Below are positions 48,771 to 57,564 of a stretch of DNA of 64,000 nucleotides, piece by piece. Source of the DNA: a virus; the IMG/VR virus record IMGVR_UViG_3300042391_001456, positions 38,754 through 102,753 of that record. One strand, given 5' to 3'. Position numbers and translations under genes: made by a program. Each line of letters opens with the position of its first letter. Within the stretch, counting starts at the first letter, position 1. The notes under the pieces were generated by a model. The model was not told the origin of the DNA and did not search any database. It was given only the letters and a program-made list of their open reading frames with translations.

Positions 48771-49349
48771 ATGTTTAATGATGATTTAAGTTTAATAGTT
48801 GGTTGTAATAATAGTGGTAAAACCTCTACTTTATATTCTATATCCGAAATTCTAAACATCTATAATAACTTAGCTTGGATTTACTTTAATAAAAACTATG
48901 AATATGGTGAGAATTTTAAAAAAGTTTCAAACTATCAATTTCGAATTGATTCATATGGATTAGGAGAAATTCCATTTACTCATTTATCAAATGATATTAA
49001 AACTATTGAAATCATCAAAGAATATATACAAAAAGAAAAAATTGATTATTTGATTATTGATGATTTTCATATTATGAATTCATACTTACAGAAAATAATT
49101 TTGGATTTACCAGTTAAGAAAATAATTTCATTTAGTTATGATCTTTATGGATATGATGATATAGAGACAACAAATAATATCAGTGGGTATAATAAAAAAT
49201 ATTATTATTTAAATATTTATGATCAGATGAGTGTTAAAACCATAAGAATAGATGGTAGTGAAGAAATAATATTATTAGATGATTATATAAAATCTCTTAA
49301 AAGAGAAACAAAATTAAACAATTTATTAAATGGAAAAGAAGAATATTAA
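48771..49349 (+). CDS. P-loop (RecA/DnaB-like) protein with C-terminal RETKLNNLL tag
   Basis: GCNNSGKT (Walker A) and IDYLIIDD (Walker B). Confidence 0.6.
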   Translation: MFNDDLSLIVGCNNSGKTSTLYSISEILNIYNNLAWIYFNKNYEYGENFKKVSNYQFRIDSYGLGEIPFTHLSNDIKTIEIIKEYIQKEKIDYLIIDDFHIMNSYLQKIILDLPVKKIISFSYDLYGYDDIETTNNISGYNKKYYYLNIYDQMSVKTIRIDGSEEIILLDDYIKSLKRETKLNNLLNGKEEY

Positions 49350-49489
49350 TGATGGATTAGATCCTAAAAATCCATCACATCAAATAGTTATTAACATAAA
49401 TAATAGAAATGAAGAATTGTATGGAAAATACCATGATAAATGTGGTTTATTTAAAACATTCTGCCATTGCGAAAAAGAAAATTTAAATA

Positions 49490-50320
49490 ATGAACAAAGC
49501 AGATAAATATTACATAGAGAACCTAAATAAAATTTTATCAGAAGGTTCTTGGGATGAAAATCCTAGAGCAAAGTGGAAAGATGGTACACCAGCTTATACA
49601 AAATTTATTACCGGTAGATTTGAAGAGTATGACCTTTCAAAAGGAGAGTTTCCAATTACAACTCTTAGAAATACTGCAATTAAAACCGGTATTAAGGAGG
49701 TTCTTTGGATTTATCAAAAACAAACTAGTTCATTAGCAGTTGCTCGTGAAATGGGGGTTAATTGGTGGGAAGAATGGAATATTGGAGATGAAACAATTGG
49801 ACAAAGATATGGTGCTACCATAAAAAGATATGATTTAATGAATGATATTTTATATGGTTTGAAAAATGATCCTTTTGGTAGAAGACATATTATAAATATG
49901 TTTCAATATGCGGATTTAAAAGAAACAAATGGTTTATTTCCTTGCGCTTATGAAACAATGTGGTCTGTTAGAAAAATTGATGGTGAGTATTATCTTGATA
50001 TGACTTTAACTCAAAGAAGCAACGATTACATCATGGCTGGATACATCAATAAGATACAATATGTTGCTCTCCAAATGATGGTCGCATCTCACTGTGGTTA
50101 TAAAATTGGTAAGTTTTGCCATTTAGTTCAAAATTTACATATATATGATAGACATATGGATTCGGTTAGAGAGATACTGGAAAGAGATACTTTAAATATA
50201 AACCCAACAATATCTTTAAAAGAGGTTAAAAATTTTTATGATTATACTGTTGATGATTTTATTATATCGGATATAGATGGTATAGAAAAACTCTCACAAA
50301 AATTAGAAATTGCTATATGA
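49490..50320 (+). CDS. thyA: thymidylate synthase
   Basis: FPITTLR, YG, RRHI, PCAY, QRSND, HIYDRH. Confidence 0.93.
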   Translation: MNKADKYYIENLNKILSEGSWDENPRAKWKDGTPAYTKFITGRFEEYDLSKGEFPITTLRNTAIKTGIKEVLWIYQKQTSSLAVAREMGVNWWEEWNIGDETIGQRYGATIKRYDLMNDILYGLKNDPFGRRHIINMFQYADLKETNGLFPCAYETMWSVRKIDGEYYLDMTLTQRSNDYIMAGYINKIQYVALQMMVASHCGYKIGKFCHLVQNLHIYDRHMDSVREILERDTLNINPTISLKEVKNFYDYTVDDFIISDIDGIEKLSQKLEIAI

Positions 50321-51018
50321 AAATACTTATAGTTCAAGTTATAACTCCTGATATAAAAGATTATTCTATGTATTCTTTACCAACCAATATTGAATATTCT
50401 ATTAAATGGAATTACGATTATTTTTTATACACTGCTAAAAAGGAAGAAATAAATTATCATCCAGCATGGTTAAAAATAACATCATTCTATGATATAAATG
50501 TTGATAAGTATGATTGGGTTTGGATATTAGACGCTGATGCTATAGTTAATAATCACGATCTCAAATTAGAAGATATAATAAATGGTGAAACTAAACCAAT
50601 TATAATATCAGTTAATGATGAAAATGGAGGGAGACATTTAAATAGTGGTTCTATTTTAATAAAAAGTTCTTATGTTAAAGAATTATTGAAAAAATATGAA
50701 GATGCTGTTTATAATAATTATAAATTTTTAACGGAGAGGTTTTGGGACCAGGAGTTAATAAATGATTGGTTTGAAGAAGATTCTACTCAATTTTCTGTTA
50801 GGCCTATGATGGAATTGAACTCACATTGGAGGATTGAAGAATTATCTAAAGAGGATTGCCAAAAATATGGAGTTGAATATAGAGACCGATATGATCAAAA
50901 ATTGAATTTAATTCATCATTTCATGTCATTACCACATAAAATAAGATTAGAGTGGATGGAAAAAAATTGGATTAATAGACAATTAATAAAGTTTAAAAAA
51001 ATAATTGATAAAAAATGA
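50317..51018 (+). CDS. glycosyltransferase (GT34-like)
   Basis: PAWLKI, WVWILDADA, LNSGSILI, WDQ, IHHF. Confidence 0.8.
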   Translation: MKILIVQVITPDIKDYSMYSLPTNIEYSIKWNYDYFLYTAKKEEINYHPAWLKITSFYDINVDKYDWVWILDADAIVNNHDLKLEDIINGETKPIIISVNDENGGRHLNSGSILIKSSYVKELLKKYEDAVYNNYKFLTERFWDQELINDWFEEDSTQFSVRPMMELNSHWRIEELSKEDCQKYGVEYRDRYDQKLNLIHHFMSLPHKIRLEWMEKNWINRQLIKFKKIIDKK

Positions 51019-51497
51019 GTATAGAAAAAAAATCACTGTATGATATAATTAAAGAACAATTAAAAGATATTGATACTACAGATTTAAATGATAATATTAA
51101 CGATAATGTTGAAATAAACATTACACCTGAAAAAGTTTATTTTTGGACAAGAATATATTTGAGAGATGAAAATCCAAATATTGAAATTGGGGACTGGATT
51201 AAAATTGTTTGGACACCAACTGGTGAGTTTTTGAGAACTCAGTTTATCACTTGGGGTAAAAGAGGTTTGGATAGAGACTCTGATGGTGTTGTTGGTTGGA
51301 ATTCTGAAGATGATAAAAGAGTTGTATGTCTTATGATTGATGAGAGTGATATTAATACAAATGACCAAATACCTTTTATTAGAACATTATTCAAATTAGG
51401 TAGATTCTATGAAGATAATTTGATTAGAAGAGATGAATTACAATTCATTATTGAAAAAAATAATATTCTATTGGAATATTATGATTGTGATTTTTGA
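51015..51497 (+). CDS. hypothetical protein
   Basis: 160 aa. Confidence 0.6.
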   Translation: MSIEKKSLYDIIKEQLKDIDTTDLNDNINDNVEINITPEKVYFWTRIYLRDENPNIEIGDWIKIVWTPTGEFLRTQFITWGKRGLDRDSDGVVGWNSEDDKRVVCLMIDESDINTNDQIPFIRTLFKLGRFYEDNLIRRDELQFIIEKNNILLEYYDCDF

Positions 51498-51636
51498 TTA
51501 AACTATATATAGTTAACCCACTCAAATTTATTTTAGTGGGTTTTTCATTTTAAAAACATTTCAAATTCAAATTTACCACAATACATTAACTTTTTTAGTT
51601 ATGTTTTATATAACATGGTATAAAAATTATAATAAT

Positions 51637-53169
51637 ATGCTGATCGAAACACAATATTTAACAAATACCAAAAAATTAGTATGTAGTTACGTAGATAAAT
51701 CTGGTGAAATTAAGATGAAATATTATGATTGGGACAATCCAATGAAATATGTTACATGTGAAGATAATGATATACTTAAACATCCAACATTTAAATCTTG
51801 GGATGGTAAATCAGTTAAACAAGTTCAAGTTGAGAGACCAGACAGATATGCAATCTATGAATATTTAGATGCTCTTCCTGAAGAAGAACAGGAGGAACTT
51901 TTCGAGTTTAATTTACCAAAAATATACTTTATAGATATCGAAACTGAAATTGTTGATGGTTTCCCCGAAGCTGCCGATGTTAAAGATTCTGAAGGTAACG
52001 TCAAAAAAGAAGGAGCTGCAACACAAGTACTTTCAATATCAATAGTTTATGACGATAAGATTATACTTTTGGGATTGAAAGATATGCCAGATGATATGCA
52101 GGATAGGATTAGAGTTAATACAAATGAGTATTTTAAAAAATTCGGATCAGATTATAAGTTTAAATATGTTAAGTATGAGGATGAGTTTGATATGCTTTAT
52201 GCCTTTTTCTATAAAATGATACCAAAAATGCCATTAATAACCGGTTGGAACTTCCTTAACTATGACTGGTTATATTTAGTTAATCGTTCTAGAAAGATTT
52301 CAAAATGGATGAATGGTAGAGAGTATAAAATAGATCCATCAGTTTCATCACCACTTAAAAGATTGAATAAAATGTGGGGAACTGAATTTGAAGTTCCATC
52401 TCATAGAATGATATTTGATTACATGCAATTATATGAGATTTGTGATACTTCTATTAAAGTTAAAGAGTCTTCCTCTTTGGACTTTGTTTCACAAAAATTA
52501 GTAGGCGTTGATAAAATCAAGTATACTGGATCATTACAAAAACTATACGAAGATGATTTCGAAACATTCATGTATTATAACGCTGTCGATAGTGTCTTAG
52601 TTCAAAAAATACATGAAGCTAGAAATTATATTTCAATTGTTTATGCGATTTCATCATTATCCAGAATTAGAATTGTCGATGTTGTTTCTCAAATGAATAA
52701 TGCTTTAGCATCTTTAGCTATCACAGAGGGTGTATTAAGAAACCGATTTAGAAAACAAGATAATATTGTACTCTTTAAAGATGAAAATAGAGATAATAGT
52801 GGTGAGTCAACTATTGCTGGTGGATGGGTAAAAGATCCTGTTGTTGGAATGAACCGATATGTTTGTACATATGACTTTGCCTCGTTGTATCCTACGACTC
52901 AGTTACAATTCTTTATTGCTCCAGAAACCTTTGTAGGTATTCAAAATCCAAATAGAAAAACTCATTGTGATAATGGTAGAGAGATAGATTATGATAAACA
53001 TGTACTTTGTGTGAATGGTGTGGTTTTTGAAAAAAGATTATCACCAACATTGAGAATGTTGGAGGATGTTTATGCTGATAGAAAAAAGAATAAAAAAATA
53101 ATGATGAGTAAAAAAGAGGAATTAAAAGTTGTTATGGATAGAATAAAAGAGTTGGAATCGGAAATATAA
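51637..53169 (+). CDS. DNA polymerase family B, N-terminal part (exonuclease plus motif A); split gene
   Basis: FIDIETE, TGWNFLNYDW, SLDFVS, YNAVD, GGWVKDP, YDFASLYP; ends before KxxxNSxYG and DTDS. Confidence 0.88.
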   Translation: MLIETQYLTNTKKLVCSYVDKSGEIKMKYYDWDNPMKYVTCEDNDILKHPTFKSWDGKSVKQVQVERPDRYAIYEYLDALPEEEQEELFEFNLPKIYFIDIETEIVDGFPEAADVKDSEGNVKKEGAATQVLSISIVYDDKIILLGLKDMPDDMQDRIRVNTNEYFKKFGSDYKFKYVKYEDEFDMLYAFFYKMIPKMPLITGWNFLNYDWLYLVNRSRKISKWMNGREYKIDPSVSSPLKRLNKMWGTEFEVPSHRMIFDYMQLYEICDTSIKVKESSSLDFVSQKLVGVDKIKYTGSLQKLYEDDFETFMYYNAVDSVLVQKIHEARNYISIVYAISSLSRIRIVDVVSQMNNALASLAITEGVLRNRFRKQDNIVLFKDENRDNSGESTIAGGWVKDPVVGMNRYVCTYDFASLYPTTQLQFFIAPETFVGIQNPNRKTHCDNGREIDYDKHVLCVNGVVFEKRLSPTLRMLEDVYADRKKNKKIMMSKKEELKVVMDRIKELESEI

Positions 53170-53178
53170 TTAAATAAA

Positions 53179-53790
53179 ATGAAGAAAATAATAATTTTTA
53201 TTATATTTATTGTTTTATTTACAGTAGTTATATTTCAGGTTAATAGATATTTAATACGAAATAATAGAAATGTTGATGTGAATTTAATTGGATTAAATTC
53301 ACATTCTAATAGTGATGTTTACATTGTTAAAAAAACAATTAAACATTTTTTCGGATTTAATTGTTTAATTAAAAAAGATCAAAAAACAAAATATAGAGGA
53401 GATTTTTATCCTTTTATTTTTAAAACTAAATTATTTTCTTATGATTGCCAAAAAATACAAAATGACTTAGGTCACAATTCATTTTATTTATATAATACTT
53501 TTAAAGATGTTGATATTTATATAACTAATGATGAATTATATAATAATGATGTTAATGTAAATGGAATTACGTACGGTAATGAAATTTATATAAACTCTGA
53601 TATTTTAATTAAAAAAGTAGTTGTACACGAGATTTTACACAATTATGGAATGGAACATTGTTTTAGTTATAATTGTATAATGAGTAATAATTCATTTAAA
53701 AATACTTGGGATAATAAATTAAATAAGCCCATATTTTGTAATAGTTGTAGAAATGATTTACCAGATTTTTTAAAGGTTAAGTTGAATTAA
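53179..53790 (+). CDS. membrane-anchored archaemetzincin-like zinc metalloprotease
   Basis: N-terminal TM segment; HEILHNYGMEHC...CIM...FCNSC. Confidence 0.75.
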   Translation: MKKIIIFIIFIVLFTVVIFQVNRYLIRNNRNVDVNLIGLNSHSNSDVYIVKKTIKHFFGFNCLIKKDQKTKYRGDFYPFIFKTKLFSYDCQKIQNDLGHNSFYLYNTFKDVDIYITNDELYNNDVNVNGITYGNEIYINSDILIKKVVVHEILHNYGMEHCFSYNCIMSNNSFKNTWDNKLNKPIFCNSCRNDLPDFLKVKLN

Positions 53791-53963
53791 TCTTCAAATA
53801 ATTGATCAATCATCGATTTAAAACTATATCCGAATTTTTCAACACATAGTTTATGAATTTCATCAGAAAACTCATATCCTTCGTGTATCAATTTCTCTAC
53901 ATATTCTTCTACATCTTCAATTGTTGTGTAGATATTAAATTCATCGTAATCAAGTAAGTGCAT
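53787..53963 (-). CDS. 58 aa small protein (not in ORF track)
   Basis: MHLLDYDEFNIYTTIEDVEEYVEKLIHEG...IDQLFED; TAATATATA upstream. Confidence 0.55.
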   Translation of the reverse strand: MHLLDYDEFNIYTTIEDVEEYVEKLIHEGYEFSDEIHKLCVEKFGYSFKSMIDQLFED

Positions 53964-54073
53964 GGTGGATTTTTTATTATTTTACCATATATATTAATAA
54001 AAAAACTAAAAAACTTGATTTTTAAACATTTTTGATAAAAAAACTATAAAAAATATAAAATTAATTCCAAATA

Positions 54074-55741
54074 ATGTCTTTAAAAAATGATTTAGCCAAA
54101 TATAAACCTAGAAAAGAGCAAAGAGAAGCACTAGAATTTATAAAAAACGAATGGGAGAAGAATCCTACAAATAAAACATTTCTACTTAATTTACCAACAG
54201 GTGTTGGAAAAAGTTATTTAGCTATGATGATATCAAAACTCTGTAAAGATAAAATGGGTAAGTTTAGTAGAGTTGATGTTATTACAAATAGCAAAATTTT
54301 ACAAGATCAATACTCTGGCACATTTGAATCTATTTCGGATTTAAAGGGTAAAGAGAATTATGAGTGTGAATCTTATTCTTGTTCTTGTGCACAAGGTGGT
54401 GAGTTTAATAGATTAAATAAAACATCTTGTGAATCCTGTCCATATTCTAATGCTAGAGAGAATTATATAAGTGGTGGAATTTCACTTACTAACTTTTATC
54501 TTTACATACTCTATGCTATTTATAATCAAAAACTTATGGAATCAAGAGATGCTAGAGTTCTTATAGTTGATGAATGTCATGAATTAGAATCTGTTATATC
54601 TGATTTTATATCAATTAAAATAACAGAAACTATAGTAAAGAAATTTAAATTTTCAAATGAATATGATATTTTAAAAAAATTAAAATCAATATCAACGATA
54701 CAATCATATGTTGACTTTTTATCATTTTTAAATGGAGAGATAATAGATACGATAGAAGGTATGGAGAAAGGATTAATATCAAAACCTAGAGATGTTAAAT
54801 CTGATAAAAGAGACATAAAAATATCTAAAGTTTTAAATACTAAAAATTCGGATGTTAAAATAATGAATTTGATCACCGATTTAAAACAATATCAACTAAA
54901 AATTGATGTTTTTTTAAAGGAGTATAAAGAAAACTCTAACAATTGGGTATTAGAATCTAATTGGAATGAAAAAACAAAACAAAAAGAATTGGCTTTAGAG
55001 CCAATTTGGTCATTTGACTATTTGGATAAATATGTTTTTAGTCATTATGATAAAGTATTTCTAATGTCTGGTACAATTTTAGATAAAAATTTATTTTGCC
55101 AATTAAATGGGTTGGATGTTGATAATTCCGTATATTATTCTATATCATCCCCATTTCCATTAAAAAATAGACCTATTTTTTATATGCCTCTCGGTAAGAT
55201 GTCCTTTAAGTCAAAAGAAGATACTTTCAAAACTTATATTCCGTATATAAAAAAAATATTAGATAAATATAAAAATAAAAAGGGTGTAATACACACAAAT
55301 TCATTTGAATTATCCAAGTGGATTAATGATTCGATAAAAGATCCAAGATTAATTTTTCATGACTCTTCAAATAAAGATGAGATGTTAAGAATGCATTTTG
55401 AGAGTAATGAGCCAACAGTTATAGTAAGTCCTAGTATGGATACTGGTGTTAGTTTTGATGATGATAAAGCTCGTTTTCAGATTATTGCAAAAGTACCTTA
55501 TCCGAGTTTAGCTTCACAGAAAAATAAAATGAGACAAGTTAATAATCCGGATTGGTATTCATATAAAACTGTTTGTGGTTTAATTCAAATGGCTGGTAGA
55601 CCGGTTAGATCAAATGTTGATTACGCTGATACTATTATCATAGATGGTGGGTTTGGAGATGTTATTAAACACTCATCACACTATTTACCAGATTGGTTAC
55701 AAGATGCTATAAAACGAATAAATGTTAAAATAGAAGCATAA
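54074..55741 (+). CDS. DinG/XPD-like SF2 helicase
   Basis: PRKEQ, LPTGVGKS, Cys cluster, IVDECH, MSGT, QMAGRPVRS..D. Confidence 0.88.
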   Translation: MSLKNDLAKYKPRKEQREALEFIKNEWEKNPTNKTFLLNLPTGVGKSYLAMMISKLCKDKMGKFSRVDVITNSKILQDQYSGTFESISDLKGKENYECESYSCSCAQGGEFNRLNKTSCESCPYSNARENYISGGISLTNFYLYILYAIYNQKLMESRDARVLIVDECHELESVISDFISIKITETIVKKFKFSNEYDILKKLKSISTIQSYVDFLSFLNGEIIDTIEGMEKGLISKPRDVKSDKRDIKISKVLNTKNSDVKIMNLITDLKQYQLKIDVFLKEYKENSNNWVLESNWNEKTKQKELALEPIWSFDYLDKYVFSHYDKVFLMSGTILDKNLFCQLNGLDVDNSVYYSISSPFPLKNRPIFYMPLGKMSFKSKEDTFKTYIPYIKKILDKYKNKKGVIHTNSFELSKWINDSIKDPRLIFHDSSNKDEMLRMHFESNEPTVIVSPSMDTGVSFDDDKARFQIIAKVPYPSLASQKNKMRQVNNPDWYSYKTVCGLIQMAGRPVRSNVDYADTIIIDGGFGDVIKHSSHYLPDWLQDAIKRINVKIEA

Positions 55742-55767
55742 AAAAACCACCCAATTTGGGTGGTTTT
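55741..55767. terminator. bidirectional terminator
   Basis: aaaaccaccc-aattt-gggtggtttt. Confidence 0.85.
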
Positions 55768-55798
55768 ATATTATTTATTTAATTCGATGATACTCAAA

Positions 55799-56443
55799 TT
55801 ATTTTTTACTTTTTTTTTCAATAGCTTTTCTTAAAGCTTCAGGTAACTTCTTTTGTGCAGCTGTTAAACCTTTGCTACCCTTTTCTTCTTTTTTATCATC
55901 CTTTTTAGATTTTTTATCATCCTCTTTATCATCCTCTTCTTTATCATCCTCTTTCGATTTCTTTCCAGATTTTTTATCTAAATAAGCTTGTAGACCAGCA
56001 GGTATTTTCTTTTTCTCATTGAAAGTTTTAAATGATTCAACAAAAGATGTTTCATCTGTTTCACCACCTTCTAATCCTTCTTCTTCTTCGTCACAAGTAT
56101 GACAATCAGAATCTTCACTCTCTTCTGAATCATTACCTGAAAAATCATCCTCCTCTACTTCGTTGAACTCTTCTTCATGTGAAAAATCACCTTTTTCTTC
56201 ATCATGACCTTCTCCACCAAAATCAAAATCATCAAATGAACTGATTCTTGATGATCCTAAAGATGAACTTTCTTCATCTCCCCAATTTTCTTCTTCATGT
56301 GAAAAATCACCTTCTTCTTCATCATGACCTTCTTCTTCATCAAAATAGAAATCGCCTTCTTCTTCATCACCTGTGAAGATATCATCTCTTTCGATTTCTT
56401 CTTCTTGACCGAAGAATTCGTTAATCTTTTTAATAAATTTCAT
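55799..56443 (-). CDS. highly charged low-complexity putative internal head protein
   Basis: MKFIKKINEF; acidic N-half, Lys-rich C-half. Confidence 0.65.
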   Translation of the reverse strand: MKFIKKINEFFGQEEEIERDDIFTGDEEEGDFYFDEEEGHDEEEGDFSHEEENWGDEESSSLGSSRISSFDDFDFGGEGHDEEKGDFSHEEEFNEVEEDDFSGNDSEESEDSDCHTCDEEEEGLEGGETDETSFVESFKTFNEKKKIPAGLQAYLDKKSGKKSKEDDKEEDDKEDDKKSKKDDKKEEKGSKGLTAAQKKLPEALRKAIEKKSKK

Positions 56444-56514
56444 ATTCTTTACTATTATTTTTAATATATATATTAAATAAAAAAATCACTTTTTTCACTT
56501 TTTATATATAGATT

Positions 56515-57549
56515 ATGAAATTATTAAAATATTTAGAATTTATCACCGAAGAGGCTGGTATTAAAGGACTTTTTAAACTATCTAGAGAAGTAAAACATAA
56601 ATTAGAGAAGATTATAGATCAATTTAATGATCCTATCGCTGAATCTATTTTAGACTTAGATAGAAGTCAACAGGATATAACATATATTAATATAACTGAT
56701 AAGAAAGATAAAGCTTCTTATTTAGATGTATCAAAAGCCAATTACTTTTTTGAAAAATGGAAAGGTGAGAAAGTTAATAGTAATGACTTTATAAGAATTT
56801 ATAATCTACAACCTGAAGATCCATCAGTACTATCCAATACTTATCATAATCATAAGGTTTCATTTACTGAAATATCAATTGGTAGATTGGCTAAAAAACT
56901 CTTATTAGATAAATTTAAAGATCATCAATTATCAACTTTTGTTGAGAGATGGATATCTACATCTAGTAGTGGTAGATTTGAGATATGGGAAAGAGATAAA
57001 GTTTATAAAGCTTATACAAGTTCTAACTATGAAGAATATTCAGGATCAAGTTTAGATCATTCTTGTATGAATGACGACACATCTGTTAATTTTTACAGAG
57101 CTTGTCCAGATGTTAAAATATTAACACTTTTAGATGATAATGATGCGATCAAAGCTAGATGTTTACTTTGGGTAGATATAAATGGTAAAAAAATAATGGA
57201 TAGAGTTTATTATAATACAGCATCTGATTATTATCAATTTGTTAAATGGGGTAATGAGAATGGATATTATATAAGAAATTCAAAAGCTGGTAAATCATCT
57301 TCTTTTTTATTTAATGGTAGTGAAGTTAAATTACAAACAAAAGTTAAATTTCCAAAAATTGAAGATTATAGAAATGAATATTTTCCATTTGTAGATACTT
57401 TTTGTTATTATAAAGACGGATTTGGTATGAACTATCAACCAGAAGAACCAGGTACTTACTATAAATTACAGGAAACTGATGGTACTATTGAAGAACTTTA
57501 TAACATTGATCCTAAACAAAGAGACATGTCAGATAATGAAAATTGGTAA
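56515..57549 (+). CDS. hypothetical protein with CTS-like N-terminus (SCM...ARCLLW...MDRVY domain)
   Basis: MKLLKYLEFITEE. Confidence 0.6.
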   Translation: MKLLKYLEFITEEAGIKGLFKLSREVKHKLEKIIDQFNDPIAESILDLDRSQQDITYINITDKKDKASYLDVSKANYFFEKWKGEKVNSNDFIRIYNLQPEDPSVLSNTYHNHKVSFTEISIGRLAKKLLLDKFKDHQLSTFVERWISTSSSGRFEIWERDKVYKAYTSSNYEEYSGSSLDHSCMNDDTSVNFYRACPDVKILTLLDDNDAIKARCLLWVDINGKKIMDRVYYNTASDYYQFVKWGNENGYYIRNSKAGKSSSFLFNGSEVKLQTKVKFPKIEDYRNEYFPFVDTFCYYKDGFGMNYQPEEPGTYYKLQETDGTIEELYNIDPKQRDMSDNENW

Positions 57550-57564
57550 TTAATATATAAGATT

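Noticed and set aside
50317-51018. C-terminal NRQLIKFKKII as another RxxKI tag
   Set aside because: Spacing is off by one residue; not counted
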